Assembly (NCBI GenBank): GCA_029781855.1 | Contig: JAKOVX010000060.1 | Coordinates: forward strand, 48,405-112,404 | DNA length: 64,000 nucleotides | Reading direction: 5' to 3' | Source of the DNA: Acidobacteriota bacterium | GTDB lineage: Bacteria > Acidobacteriota > Blastocatellia > Pyrinomonadales > Pyrinomonadaceae | Part shown: piece after piece, positions 26,922 to 38,137 of the stretch | Numbering within the stretch: position 1 is the first letter of the stretch | Layout: every line of letters starts with the position of its first letter | Position numbers and translations under genes: made by a program | Notes under the pieces: model-generated | What the model saw: only the letters and a program-made list of their open reading frames with translations | What the model was told of the DNA's origin: nothing | Database searches by the model: none

Positions 26922-28586
26922 TTACGCTTCGAGTTTTCGTCGATATTTGTGGGTGATCGGCCGGCGGCGGCCGACGCCGATCGCATTTTTCGAGATGATG
27001 AGAGTCGGCGGCAGTTGCTGGCGTTTGAATTCGTTTGCCGGTGACTCAACCTTGTTGAGGACGCTGTAGACGAGTTCGGCGTCGTTGCCGGCGGCGATGA
27101 TCTCGGCCGGCGAGGCTTTTTGTTCGAAATACATCTCCAGGATCGGATCCATCAGTTCGTACGGAGGCAGGCTATCCTGGTCGAACTGGTTTGGAGCAAG
27201 TTCGGCGGACGGGGCTTTGTCGATGATCTTCTCAGGAATGATCTCACGTCCGGCATTTTTGTTGATCTGTCGGGCGATCTCCCAAACCTCCGTCTTAAGT
27301 ACGTCACCAAGGACCGCGAGGCCGCCATTGGTATCGCCGTAGAGTGTGCAGTAGCCGACGGCGAGTTCGCTCTTGTTCCCGGTCGAAAGCAGCAGCCGGC
27401 CCTCCGCGTTTGATATTGCCATTAGAATGACGCCGCGAATACGTGACTGCATATTCTCCGCCGCGAGGCTCTCACCGCCTTTGGTCGGCGAATTGAGGTC
27501 CATCTGATCGAGCAAAACCTCAAATGTGTCAGAAATAGGCTCGATGCGGCCCTGACAGCCAAGATTTAGAATCAATTCCTCGGAATCCTCTATGCTGCCC
27601 TCGGACGAGAACGGCGAAGGCATCATTACACAAAGAAGGTTCTCCGGACCTATTGCTTCCGCGGCAAGGGCGGCGACAAGTGTCGAGTCGATACCGCCTG
27701 ACAGGCCGAGTACCGCCGTTCTGAATCCATTTTTTCGCGCGTAATCGCGAATGCCAAGGACCAAAGCCCGCCGGATCGATTCGATCTCGTTTCCGGTGAT
27801 GCCACGGGCGTCGGGCTTTCGGACGTCGAGTTCGACGGTCTCAACAAATTCTTCGAACGCTGTCGCTTGCAGGATAATATCGCCTTCCTCGTCCGCTATC
27901 AGGCTCGCACCGTCAAAGATAATGCCGTCATTCCCGCCGACTAGATTTACGAAGACGATCGGCCGCTTTTCCCGTCTTGCCCGGTGGGCGACCATATCGC
28001 AGCGAAGCTTGATCTTGCCCTTGTTGTAGGGCGAGGCGTTGACCGAAACGATGATATCCGCACCCAACGCGATCACCTCATCGGTTGGGTCACCGTCGTA
28101 GAGGCGTTCTTTCCAAAACGTCTTATCGTTCCAGAAATCCTCGCAAACTACCACTCCGAGCCGCACGCCATTAATGTCGAATATTCGCCGATGATCGGAC
28201 GGTTCGAAATATCTCGGGTCGTCGAAAACATCGTATTCCGGGAGCAGGGTTTTGTCGGCAAAACCAACGAGCTTACCGTCGTGTATCACCGCAGCCGAGT
28301 TAAACAACCGTCGGCCATCCTTGTCCTCCGTTGGCCTGATCGTACCGACGATAGCAGTGATGCCGATCGTTGTGGGTATGATCGCCTGCAGCGGGTCGAG
28401 AGCGTGTTCGATGATGTCGGAGTCCTGAAACCAATCCTGCGACGTGTATCCGTGCGTGACGACCTCAGGGAAAACTACGAGGTCGGAACCGTCGGACCGC
28501 GCTTTTTCGATCGCGGAAATGATCTTTGCGACATTGCCAGCGATATCGCCGTTCGTGGTGTTGATCTGAGCGATGGTGACTTTCAT
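26922..28586 (-). CDS. nadE: Glutamine-dependent NAD+ synthetase
   Basis: N-terminal nitrilase/CN-hydrolase domain (MKVTIAQINTTNGD, VCEDFW) and a C-terminal NAD synthetase domain with the LGLSGGIDS P-loop. Confidence 0.92.
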   Translation of the reverse strand: MKVTIAQINTTNGDIAGNVAKIISAIEKARSDGSDLVVFPEVVTHGYTSQDWFQDSDIIEHALDPLQAIIPTTIGITAIVGTIRPTEDKDGRRLFNSAAVIHDGKLVGFADKTLLPEYDVFDDPRYFEPSDHRRIFDINGVRLGVVVCEDFWNDKTFWKERLYDGDPTDEVIALGADIIVSVNASPYNKGKIKLRCDMVAHRARREKRPIVFVNLVGGNDGIIFDGASLIADEEGDIILQATAFEEFVETVELDVRKPDARGITGNEIESIRRALVLGIRDYARKNGFRTAVLGLSGGIDSTLVAALAAEAIGPENLLCVMMPSPFSSEGSIEDSEELILNLGCQGRIEPISDTFEVLLDQMDLNSPTKGGESLAAENMQSRIRGVILMAISNAEGRLLLSTGNKSELAVGYCTLYGDTNGGLAVLGDVLKTEVWEIARQINKNAGREIIPEKIIDKAPSAELAPNQFDQDSLPPYELMDPILEMYFEQKASPAEIIAAGNDAELVYSVLNKVESPANEFKRQQLPPTLIISKNAIGVGRRRPITHKYRRKLEA

Positions 28587-28610
28587 TCGGAGATCTGCCC
28601 GGACGGGCCG

Positions 28611-29411
28611 TTATTCGTGTCTGGTCTCGCTCTTCTTGACCATCGTCAGGCGGTTACCGCGATCGTTGTAGGCGACCTCATCCATAATATTGTAGATGAA
28701 TAGAACGCCTCGGCCGGATGCTTTGAACAGATTCTGCGGGTCGAGCGGATCGGGAATATTGTTGACGTCAAACCCTTCGCCTTCGTCCTCGATGGTGAAT
28801 CGTGCCTCGTGCTTAGAGACCTCGGCGGCGATCCGTACGAGTTTTCTGGCGTCAAACTTATTACCGTGTTTCACGGCGTTGACGAATGCCTCATCAAGCG
28901 CGACAAACAGATTAGATTGTTCCGGTTTTATGACGCCAAGCTTTTCGACGCGTTTCATCAGGTAATCGAGTACGATGCTCATTAACGATATCGCCGACGG
29001 CAGTTCGAATTCGATATTCTCATGTAGCTGCTGAACGGCGTCCGGGCGGTCGACGAACCTAATCTTGTGATCAAGGATCGTCGCGATCAGCGATTTGAGC
29101 TCATCCTCGTCGAATTCGTCCCGGCGAAAATTGGCCGCGCACAGCTTGAAAGCCTTGACCTTCTCATCCGGGTCGAATACGGGCATATTCGGCAAACAAG
29201 TTGCACTGTCTCCGTTCATGCTGGCGACCGGACCAGTACTTTCGACGTCGAGATCGGTGATCACGATGTCGAATGATTCCAAATCGTTCCTTGACAGGGC
29301 CTTTACGCGATCCGAGATTATCGTGACCTCGTGCCCGACGTGCGAGAGCACTTCATCGAGAGCGGTCGCGAGGTCGTCGTGATCGTCAATGATGAGGATT
29401 CGTCGCTGCAT
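28611..29411 (-). CDS. Response-regulator receiver domain fused to an RsbW-like HATPase (anti-sigma-factor kinase type) domain
   Basis: REC motifs ILIIDDHDD and IVITDLDV. The C-terminal EAFVNAVKHGN ... DEGEGF ... GRGVLFI is typical of HATPase_c_2. Confidence 0.8.
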   Translation of the reverse strand: MQRRILIIDDHDDLATALDEVLSHVGHEVTIISDRVKALSRNDLESFDIVITDLDVESTGPVASMNGDSATCLPNMPVFDPDEKVKAFKLCAANFRRDEFDEDELKSLIATILDHKIRFVDRPDAVQQLHENIEFELPSAISLMSIVLDYLMKRVEKLGVIKPEQSNLFVALDEAFVNAVKHGNKFDARKLVRIAAEVSKHEARFTIEDEGEGFDVNNIPDPLDPQNLFKASGRGVLFIYNIMDEVAYNDRGNRLTMVKKSETRHE

Positions 29412-29513
29412 ACGCGTGCTTTAGGAGCCAATTTGGATTACGACAGGAAATTTGATGTTGTTGCAAATAATAACCTAAGTTCACTAAGAAATTCTAACCG
29501 GATCGCATCAAAA

Positions 29514-30473
29514 TCAGCTCCCGGGGACTTCCACAGTATCGTGTGTTAAGAAGCTCGCGGTCAAAAGTACAAAACTCACCCAGATCGCGTCTGCCAGGAA
29601 CAAGTGCCCGAGCTGCATCACGATCGGGCCATGGGTGAGGAGTGTGACCGCGCCAAATATAACCTGTCCGATGATGAGGATCGAGAGAGTTCCGGACCAC
29701 CAGGCGGCATTCGACTTAGCGTCGACCTTCGAACGCAGCCACCCGGCTAAAAAGAACAAATACACACCGGTGAACACCGAGAGGATCGGATGACTCAGCC
29801 GTAGCCGCAGAATCACGTTCGAGGAAGCCGAAAAGTCCCTGGCGATGCCCTCGGCGATCGTTGTCGACGGGAAGAGCATATTGCTCAACGCCGCCAACGT
29901 TCCGCTCATACCGACAGTCAACAAAAGCAAGAAGCCTAGAGCGATCAGCAGCAAGATCTTGGTGTCGGGCCACCTAACGATGCGGCGTTCGCCGCTAGCG
30001 AGCCACGCGGTAAGGGTTAGGCAGACAAGCAGAACGAACGTATTAATGAGGTGGCCCATCGCCCAGAATGGACGAACATCCGTTACTGCTACGGCCGTGT
30101 TGCCGGTCAGGACGAGGCCCGCTCCGACCGCCGCCTCCGTAATAACAAAGAAGAGCGAAGCGATCGCCGCGTACATTACCAGGCGGCGCTTTCGACTGCG
30201 GCTGCGATACCAGATGACGACCGCCAATATGACCAGGACGAGCATTACAAGTCCGTCGATCGCCGTCGTCATGCGGTGCGAATATTCGATAACGGTCTTG
30301 AATTGCGGTGCCGACGGGATCAGCTCGCCGTTGCATGTCAGCCAATGCTCGCCGCAGCCATCACCGGATTTGGAGGCCCGCAGGAACACGCCCCAGATAA
30401 TGACCAGCACGTTGAAACCGAGAGCGAACCACGCGAACTTCGCAAACCGGTCGAGTTTTGCTTCTTGTCCCAT
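29514..30473 (-). CDS. ctaA: Heme A synthase (COX15/CtaA family)
   Basis: Multi-TM protein with GDGCGEHWLTCNG and conserved His residues in TM helices. Start trimmed to MGQEAKL. The upstream 75 codons of the ORF are Arg-rich with no support. Confidence 0.8.
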   Translation of the reverse strand: MGQEAKLDRFAKFAWFALGFNVLVIIWGVFLRASKSGDGCGEHWLTCNGELIPSAPQFKTVIEYSHRMTTAIDGLVMLVLVILAVVIWYRSRSRKRRLVMYAAIASLFFVITEAAVGAGLVLTGNTAVAVTDVRPFWAMGHLINTFVLLVCLTLTAWLASGERRIVRWPDTKILLLIALGFLLLLTVGMSGTLAALSNMLFPSTTIAEGIARDFSASSNVILRLRLSHPILSVFTGVYLFFLAGWLRSKVDAKSNAAWWSGTLSILIIGQVIFGAVTLLTHGPIVMQLGHLFLADAIWVSFVLLTASFLTHDTVEVPGS

Positions 30474-30508
30474 TTTGCTTAGAATAGCACTTTCGAAACG
30501 CTTAAAAA

Positions 30509-31429
30509 ATGAGGCTCTTATCAGCCATCCTAATTTGGATATTGATCGCGACGGTACGGTCTTTTGCCGCCTCGCCCTACATCGTTGTGCTCGGTATCGC
30601 TCAGGACGCCGGCATCCCGCAAATGGGTTGCGAAACGCCATTTTGTAAGCTCGCCCGAAAGAACCCGGCACTCCAGCAAACTGTCGTGTCGATCGCACTG
30701 GTCGACCCGGACACTAAGAGCCGATGGATCTTTGACGCGACGCCCGACCTGCCGGAACAATTTGATCTTCTCAAACAGACCACCGGCGACTATACGAACC
30801 GTCTCGACGGCATCTTCCTGACTCACGCCCATATCGGCCACTACACCGGATTGATGTATCTAGGCCGCGAATCGATGAACGCCGACGGCGTTCCGGTTTA
30901 TGCAATGCCCCGTATGAAGCAGATGCTCGAGACTAACGCTCCGTGGTCGCAGTTGGTTTCACTCAATAATATTGCTCTCACGCCGCTTGTCGACAAGACG
31001 GCGGTCAGGCTGAATGAACGCCTTTCGGTCGAGCCCTTCCTCGTTCCGCATCGGGATGAGTTCTCCGAAACTGTCGGATATCGAATCGTTTCGAGATCAA
31101 AGACACTCATTTACATACCGGACATCGATAAGTGGTCAAAGTGGTCTACTTCCCTCGTTGACGTGATCCGTTCGTCTGACTACCTTTTGATCGACGGCAC
31201 GTTCTACGCGGATGGAGAGATCGCACGGCCGATGGGCGAGGTGCCGCATCCATTCGTGACCGAGACCATGAAACTTCTGCGGGACTTGCCGCGAACGCAG
31301 AGGTCAAAGGTCTGGTTCATCCATTTCAATCACAGTAATCCGCTGGTTCAGCGTAATAAGAAGAGGATCGCTGAGGTGACGTCGCGTGGGTTTCATATCA
31401 GCCAACGCGGGATGAGGTTGCCGCTTTGA
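30509..31429 (+). CDS. Secreted MBL-fold metallo-hydrolase (PqqB-like)
   Basis: Signal peptide. VVLGIAQDAGIPQMGC and LTHAHIGHYTGL metallo-beta-lactamase motifs. Confidence 0.75.
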   Translation: MRLLSAILIWILIATVRSFAASPYIVVLGIAQDAGIPQMGCETPFCKLARKNPALQQTVVSIALVDPDTKSRWIFDATPDLPEQFDLLKQTTGDYTNRLDGIFLTHAHIGHYTGLMYLGRESMNADGVPVYAMPRMKQMLETNAPWSQLVSLNNIALTPLVDKTAVRLNERLSVEPFLVPHRDEFSETVGYRIVSRSKTLIYIPDIDKWSKWSTSLVDVIRSSDYLLIDGTFYADGEIARPMGEVPHPFVTETMKLLRDLPRTQRSKVWFIHFNHSNPLVQRNKKRIAEVTSRGFHISQRGMRLPL

Positions 31430-32172
31430 GCCGGCGGGAGCGGATCGATAAGCTCCTCGTCGACCGGGGACTTGCCGAGTCCCGGACCCGTGCTCAGGCC
31501 CTGGTGATGGCCGGCGTGGTGCTCGCCAACGAAAAACGTATCGACAAATCATCGGATCTCATCGACCCGACGGCCGAGATCAGGATCAAGGGTGAATCTG
31601 CCGAAACAAAATACGTCGGCCGCGGCGGCCTGAAGCTGGAAAAGGCACTTGACGAATTTCATATTCGTCCGGACGAATATATCTGCCTTGATGTCGGCTC
31701 TTCGACAGGCGGATTTACCGATTGTCTGCTGCAGCACGGAGCGACCCATGTCACGGCGGTCGATGTTGGCACCAATCAACTCGTTTGGAGTCTGCGGAGC
31801 GATCCGCGAGTCGACGTTCGCGAAAATGTGAACGCCCGCGAAATCAAACCAGCTGATTTCTCCGAACCTTTCGATCTTGTGGTAATGGATGTCTCATTCA
31901 TCTCGGTTACTAAGATACTGCCGGCGATCGTTCCTTTGCTGAAAGCAACCGGACGGATCGTCGTGCTCATCAAACCGCAATTCGAGGTCGGACGCGGTGA
32001 GGTTGGCAAAGGCGGTATTGTCAAAGACCCTGAGAAGCACGATCGCGTGGTCCGCGAGGTAAATGATTTCGCTGAGACCTGCGGCCTGATCGCCGCGGCG
32101 ACCATCGAATCGCCTATCCTCGGAGCCGAAGGAAACAAGGAATTTCTTGCTCTGTATGAACGAAAACACTGA
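31426..32172 (+). CDS. tlyA: TlyA-family rRNA 2'-O-methyltransferase
   Basis: S4 domain RIDKLLVDRGLAESRTRAQALV followed by an FtsJ-like domain with DVGSSTGGFTDCLLQHGA. TTG start overlaps the preceding stop by 4 nt. Confidence 0.88.
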   Translation: MSRRERIDKLLVDRGLAESRTRAQALVMAGVVLANEKRIDKSSDLIDPTAEIRIKGESAETKYVGRGGLKLEKALDEFHIRPDEYICLDVGSSTGGFTDCLLQHGATHVTAVDVGTNQLVWSLRSDPRVDVRENVNAREIKPADFSEPFDLVVMDVSFISVTKILPAIVPLLKATGRIVVLIKPQFEVGRGEVGKGGIVKDPEKHDRVVREVNDFAETCGLIAAATIESPILGAEGNKEFLALYERKH

Positions 32173-32338
32173 AAGCCCGGTCGAATTTGCCGAGCAGTCG
32201 CAAACTCACGTCGAGGGCCTTGATTTCTACTTTGAAGACGGCCTGATGGTGCTGACACGCCGATATTTGCTGAATCGCGGAACCTGCTGCGGCAACGGAT
32301 GCCGTCATTGCCCGTACGACGACTCGGCCCTAAAGTAG
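32156..32338 (+). CDS. Small Cys-rich protein (DUF5522-like)
   Basis: 60 aa ending in the RGTCCGNGCRHCPY motif. It overlaps the tlyA 3' end by 17 nt and converges on the arsR-family gene with a 9-nt overlap. Confidence 0.6.
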   Translation: MNENTESPVEFAEQSQTHVEGLDFYFEDGLMVLTRRYLLNRGTCCGNGCRHCPYDDSALK

Positions 32339-32716
32339 GAATATCTCGATCTCCTGCGGCACGTATTCGTCCGCGAACGGCTCCTGCATATCGGGAAATC
32401 CGCGGGCGGCTGAGGATTCCGGCGATTGCGACCCAAGTGAACGCAGCGTTTCAGCAAGAACGTGGCTCGCGGCCGGATCGGTCGGCATCTCGATCGTGTA
32501 GTAGATCCACTTGCCGTCGCGGCGTGTCGATACCAATCCGGCGTTCCGAAGATAGGCGAGGTGACGCGAGATCTTCGGCTGGCTGACGCCCAGCGAATCG
32601 GCTAAATAACCGACCGAAACCTCGCCGCCGCTCATCAGCCCGAGCAGGCTGAGACGTGTCTTGTCCGAAAGTGCGAGAAAGAGTTGTTCTAGGTTATTCA
32701 GGGTATCGTCGTTCAT
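32330..32716 (-). CDS. ArsR/SmtB-family transcriptional regulator
   Basis: LSDKTRLSLLGLM...VGYLADSLGVSQPKISRHLAYLRNAGLV winged-HTH signature. Confidence 0.85.
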   Translation of the reverse strand: MNDDTLNNLEQLFLALSDKTRLSLLGLMSGGEVSVGYLADSLGVSQPKISRHLAYLRNAGLVSTRRDGKWIYYTIEMPTDPAASHVLAETLRSLGSQSPESSAARGFPDMQEPFADEYVPQEIEIFLL

Positions 32717-32738
32717 AGATCTTTTGTGCGGGCCGTCA

Positions 32739-32762
32739 ACATATTACGTTAACCGTATATGT
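32739..32762. promoter_or_regulatory. Candidate operator palindrome in the divergent arsR-family/glpK intergenic region
   Basis: ACATATtacgTTAAccgtATATGT has perfect 6-bp outer arms. It lies 23 nt upstream of the regulator start and 30 nt upstream of glpK. Confidence 0.3.
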
Positions 32763-32791
32763 AATGCAATCGTCCGGAAAAATCATCGCGT

Positions 32792-34279
32792 ATGAAACAC
32801 ATCCTTGCATTCGATCAGGGTACAACGAGCAGCCGCTCGATCATATTCGACCAGTCCGGCAACCCGGTCTCGACCGGCCAGGCCGAGTTCACCCAAGTCT
32901 ATCCACAAAGCGGCTGGGTCGAGCACGACCCGGAAGAGATCTGGCGTTCTCAGACGGCGACGGCCTTCGAGGCTCTCGATAAGGCCGGTTTGACCGCCGC
33001 TGACGTCGCCGCCGTCGGCATCACTAATCAACGCGAGACCACGGTTATCTGGGACCTGAGATCCGGAGTACCGATCTACAATGCGATCGTCTGGCAGGAC
33101 CGACGCACGTCTTCGATCTGTGACGCTGTTCGGGCGGAACACGCCGATCTTATTCGCCGTAAGACCGGTCTCGAGGTCGATGCCTATTTCTCCGCAAGCA
33201 AGATCAAGTGGCTGCTCGATAACGTTCCCGGGGCTCGTGTCAGGGCCGAGAACGGCGAGCTTGCGTTCGGCACGATAGACACCTGGCTCGTCTGGAAGCT
33301 GACCGCGGGCAATCTTCATATCACAGATGTCTCGAACGCATCGCGGACGATGCTCTTTGACATTAACCGGCTCGAATGGGATGACGAGCTCCTTGCGATC
33401 TTCGGCGTGCCGAGGGCGATCCTGCCGGAAGTGCGTTCGTCTTCGGAGATCTACGGCGAGATCGAGACGCCCGTCGAACTTAGAGGCGTGCCGATCGCGG
33501 GCATCGCAGGCGACCAGCAGGCTGCGCTATTCGGGCAAGCTTGTTTCGCCAAGGGTGCGACCAAGAACACGTACGGCACCGGCTGTTTCATGCTGCAAAA
33601 TGTCGGCACCTCGCCGGTCGAGTCGAAACACCGGATGCTGTCGACCGTCGGCTGGCGGATCGGCGGCGTCACCGAATACGCCCTCGAGGGCAGCGTATTT
33701 ATCGGAGGTGCCGTCATTCAGTGGCTTCGCGACAGTCTAGGCATTATCAAACATTCGTCGGACGTCGAGGCGTTGGCCGAGTCGGTGCCGGATAACGGCG
33801 GCGTTTATTTCGTGCCTGCGTTTGCGGGCCTCGGCACGCCGTACTGGGATCAGGATGCCCGCGGAATGATCACCGGGCTGACCCGCGGAACGGGTGCCGC
33901 ACACATTGCCCGGGCGGCGGTCGAATCGATCGCTTTTCAGACCGCCGACCTGTTGGCAGCGATGAACGCCGACTCGGGTGTGAGCCTGTCGGAACTGCGT
34001 GTCGACGGCGGAGCAACGGCGAATTCCGCTCTGCTTCAGTTCCAGGCGGACATCCTTCAAATACCTGTCGTCCGGTCGAAGACGGCGGAGACAACAGCAC
34101 TTGGGGCGGCGTATCTCGCAGGTCTGGCGTCGGGATTTTGGTTGTCAAAGAGCGATCTCGTTAAGCACTGGCAGGCCGGCGGGCGGTTCGAACCGCAGAT
34201 GCCGCCTGCTAAGGCTGTCGAACTGATACAACGGTGGCACGAGACAATATCACGTACGTTGCATCACTCTGTCAAATAA
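32792..34279 (+). CDS. glpK: Glycerol kinase
   Basis: [18 protein letters not shown] and the FGGY-kinase signature regions across 495 aa. Confidence 0.95.
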   Translation: MKHILAFDQGTTSSRSIIFDQSGNPVSTGQAEFTQVYPQSGWVEHDPEEIWRSQTATAFEALDKAGLTAADVAAVGITNQRETTVIWDLRSGVPIYNAIVWQDRRTSSICDAVRAEHADLIRRKTGLEVDAYFSASKIKWLLDNVPGARVRAENGELAFGTIDTWLVWKLTAGNLHITDVSNASRTMLFDINRLEWDDELLAIFGVPRAILPEVRSSSEIYGEIETPVELRGVPIAGIAGDQQAALFGQACFAKGATKNTYGTGCFMLQNVGTSPVESKHRMLSTVGWRIGGVTEYALEGSVFIGGAVIQWLRDSLGIIKHSSDVEALAESVPDNGGVYFVPAFAGLGTPYWDQDARGMITGLTRGTGAAHIARAAVESIAFQTADLLAAMNADSGVSLSELRVDGGATANSALLQFQADILQIPVVRSKTAETTALGAAYLAGLASGFWLSKSDLVKHWQAGGRFEPQMPPAKAVELIQRWHETISRTLHHSVK

Positions 34280-34280
34280 T

Positions 34281-34302
34281 GGGAGCCTCGGTTGAGGCTC
34301 CC
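34281..34302. terminator. Hairpin between convergent glpK and the AAA+ gene
   Basis: Perfect 9-bp stem GGGAGCCTC / GAGGCTCCC with loop GGTT. The flanking T-runs are weak. Confidence 0.45.
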
Positions 34303-34322
34303 AGCCCGGGAAAGAGGCAAAC

Positions 34323-35534
34323 TTAAACTTCGTTATTCTCGCCCTTCGTTTTGCTCATTTGCGGTGCCGCCGCGGCCGAAGGCAACGGGAGGGCAACGCC
34401 GTCCGCACTAACGAGCGGTGCCTCGTCATCAGGCTTTTCGTCGTTCGTATCGGAAACGATCAGCTTGCCGGACTGCTTCATGAAATAGAGAACAGACGTC
34501 TCCGCGTCGAAATCAACCAACACGAAATCACCGGTCTGGACCTGCTCGGTAGCAACGAGGTTCGAGAGCGGATAGACCAGGAACCTCTCGATCGAGCGTT
34601 TCAGGTGGCGAGCACCGTATTTAAGGTCGATACCCTCGCTAAGCAAGTATTCCTTGGCCTCGGTCGTGCATTCGAAGACGAATTTGGTTCCCGCCGACTC
34701 GGTGATGCGATCCTGAACGGCACGCAGCTCGATGTCGAGGATCTGCCGCAGGTGATGTTCCTTGAGGCTTCGGAAAACGACGACCTTGTCGATGCGGTTC
34801 ATAAATTCTGGTGAGAATTTACGTTTCGCGGCCTCGAGTGCGGTGCGGTAGATCTTGGTGTCGATCTCGTTGTCGGCCTTGACCTGATCGGTCTTGGTCG
34901 GTGCGAAACCGATCCCGCCCGAGATCATATCGGACATCTCGCGGGCACCGAGATTGGAGGTCATAATGACGACCGTCCGCGAAAAATCGACGCGGCGGTT
35001 GTCGCCAAGCGTCAATGTCGCCTTGTCCAAAATGCCGAGCAGAAGCTGCCAGAGCGAATCGGATGCCTTTTCGATCTCGTCGAAGAGGACAAAGGTCAAT
35101 TTCGTGTCGTCGGTATGCGCTTTATCGAGATTTTCCTGCGTCAGCATCGGCGAGGTCTCGCGATGGCCGAGGTATCCCGGAGGCGAGCCGATCAGCTTAG
35201 CGATCTCGTGCGAATGCTGGAACTCGGCACAGTCGATCTTGACGACGGTGTGCGGTTCATTGAACAAAACTTCGGATGCGGCCTCGACGACGCGGGTCTT
35301 ACCCGAACCGGTCGGCCCTAGGAACAGCATCGTTCCGATCGGACGGGTCGGGTTGTTCATGCCGGCGAGATAGATCTGGAAGAGGCCGCTCATACGGCGA
35401 ACGGCGCGTTCCTGACCGACGATCTGGGCGGAGAGCTTGTCTTCAAACTCGGCCGCACGCGGACTCTTTCGATCCGGATCTAGCAAAACCCCTTTTTCAA
35501 TTCGTCCTTTTTTCTTTGCCGTTTCCTCTTTCAT
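34323..35534 (-). CDS. Stand-alone Clp/Hsp100 D2-type AAA+ ATPase (single AAA module plus D2-small domain)
   Basis: Walker A LGPTGSGKT, FDEIEKA Walker B, GSPPGYLGH and the SPEFMNRIDKVVVF sensor/D2-small region. No N-domain, D1 or middle domain. ATG 35534 with GGGAG upstream. Confidence 0.8.
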   Translation of the reverse strand: MKEETAKKKGRIEKGVLLDPDRKSPRAAEFEDKLSAQIVGQERAVRRMSGLFQIYLAGMNNPTRPIGTMLFLGPTGSGKTRVVEAASEVLFNEPHTVVKIDCAEFQHSHEIAKLIGSPPGYLGHRETSPMLTQENLDKAHTDDTKLTFVLFDEIEKASDSLWQLLLGILDKATLTLGDNRRVDFSRTVVIMTSNLGAREMSDMISGGIGFAPTKTDQVKADNEIDTKIYRTALEAAKRKFSPEFMNRIDKVVVFRSLKEHHLRQILDIELRAVQDRITESAGTKFVFECTTEAKEYLLSEGIDLKYGARHLKRSIERFLVYPLSNLVATEQVQTGDFVLVDFDAETSVLYFMKQSGKLIVSDTNDEKPDDEAPLVSADGVALPLPSAAAAPQMSKTKGENNEV

Positions 35535-35835
35535 TTTCTTATCTCCCAGACGGAACACTTGGGTTTCCGTTTACCCCAGAGACGGTCTGCTTGGCCCATA
35601 TTTGCCGGCTAGTCGATGCGGCAAATCCGTCGTAATACTGATGATTTCAAAAGATTGTACGTTGGCTGGACTTTTAGACACTGGGAGGGCTAGTCCAGAG
35701 GAACCGCGACAGGTATGAATGCCCACCGCACCCTTACAATTAACATAGAATTCCGCCTGCATGCAAGAAAAAATGCCCAAAATCAGCAATAAACGGTCAA
35801 AAAAATGGAAAATCGCCGCATTACGACTATCGCCC

Positions 35836-36348
35836 TCAGCGATGAGTGATCGTTAGCCAACCGCTCAACGACCCGGAAGCGCCTTTCGGATTATAGTTCG
35901 GCAAGCTCGCTCTCGGAACCTCTACGACGTCGTACCACGGGTCGAGAAACAGGAGCGTGTGATCAGCCCAGATCTCTTTCAAGAGCGTAAAATGCCCGCC
36001 GCCATTCGGCCATGAAATATGGGCGATGATCTTGGTCCGCTCGCCAATGTAATACCACGCGTAATCGAATATCTTCGACGGCCCGACGCCCGTTGACGCA
36101 TATGTCGGTACGCCCTCGGCGTTCAGGACATAGGCCAGGTTGCCGGCTCCGGTCCCGCCGGTGGCGGTAAATTTCCCCGGATAATTCTGCGAGAGTTGTC
36201 GGGCTCGTGCCTCAGGGTCGACCATGCAGGCGAGTTTGTAAAAACTCTCGGCCATCGCGACGCAGGCCGGCCCGCACGATTGGGTCATCTCCTGATGCAG
36301 CAAATAGTGAGAATTCCCCTTGCTGTCCATTGCAAATTTGGCTGACAT
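35836..36348 (-). CDS. Cytoplasmic papain-fold cysteine peptidase (C39-like)
   Basis: Q-x5-CGPACVAMA motif, a later GGGHFTLL (His) and DPWYD. AAGGAG RBS. No signal peptide. Confidence 0.55.
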   Translation of the reverse strand: MSAKFAMDSKGNSHYLLHQEMTQSCGPACVAMAESFYKLACMVDPEARARQLSQNYPGKFTATGGTGAGNLAYVLNAEGVPTYASTGVGPSKIFDYAWYYIGERTKIIAHISWPNGGGHFTLLKEIWADHTLLFLDPWYDVVEVPRASLPNYNPKGASGSLSGWLTITHR

Positions 36349-36460
36349 AACTATTCTCCTTAATGATCAAAATTCGACAGCCTCATCGCCGCGACCGCCT
36401 TAATTGGGAGACTACATTTCAAACGAATTTTTGCCTAGTTTTCCCCTTCGGCGAACAAGA

Positions 36461-37774
<1,314 letters not shown>

Positions 37775-37807
37775 TATTTTCCTCCGGTAAAGCTAATAAA
37801 AGAATAC

Positions 37808-37831
37808 GTGAAAAAGTGAAAAAGTGAAAAA
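37808..37831. repeat. Octamer tandem repeat GTGAAAAA x3
   Basis: Read directly from the sequence. Followed by a 7-nt-period tract tcattta acactca tcattta ccacttt at about 37886-37915. Confidence 0.7.
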
Positions 37832-37920
37832 GGGGCAAAAGTGAGCGTTGAGCGCCGAACATTCGCCATTTGTTATTTAACAGTCATCATTTAACACTCA
37901 TCATTTACCACTTTTCTCCA

Positions 37921-37993
37921 GCTTTCCTTTGCTCCTTTGCGGCTTGGGGGGGGAAATGATCTCCCGCAAAGACGCTAAGACGCAAAGGAAAGC
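37921..37993. repeat. Long imperfect hairpin of the CTTTGCG/CGCAAAG family (copy 2)
   Basis: gctttcctttgctcctttgcgg ... ccgcaaagacgctaagacgcaaaggaaagc. Confidence 0.75.
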
Positions 37994-38071
37994 GTTATTT
38001 AGTCAAAATGAGGCGTGAGCGGATCGAGGCGGCGAGGGCTTAGGGAGCATTTGTCATTTACCGCATTCTTC

Positions 38072-38137
38072 TTCCCTTTGCTGCTTTGCGGCTTGGCGGG
38101 AAAGATCTCCCCCGCAAAGACGCTAAGACGCGAAGGC
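38072..38137. repeat. Long imperfect hairpin of the CTTTGCG/CGCAAAG family (copy 3, tandem to copy 2)
   Basis: ttccctttgctgctttgcgg ... ccgcaaagacgctaagacgcgaagg. The preceding tcatttacc motif is also shared with copy 2. Confidence 0.75.

Noticed and set aside
34323-35534. ClpV (T6SS ATPase) candidate
   Set aside because: It has a single AAA+ module without the ClpV N-domain or D1, and it lies 29 kb from the vgrG island among unrelated genes.
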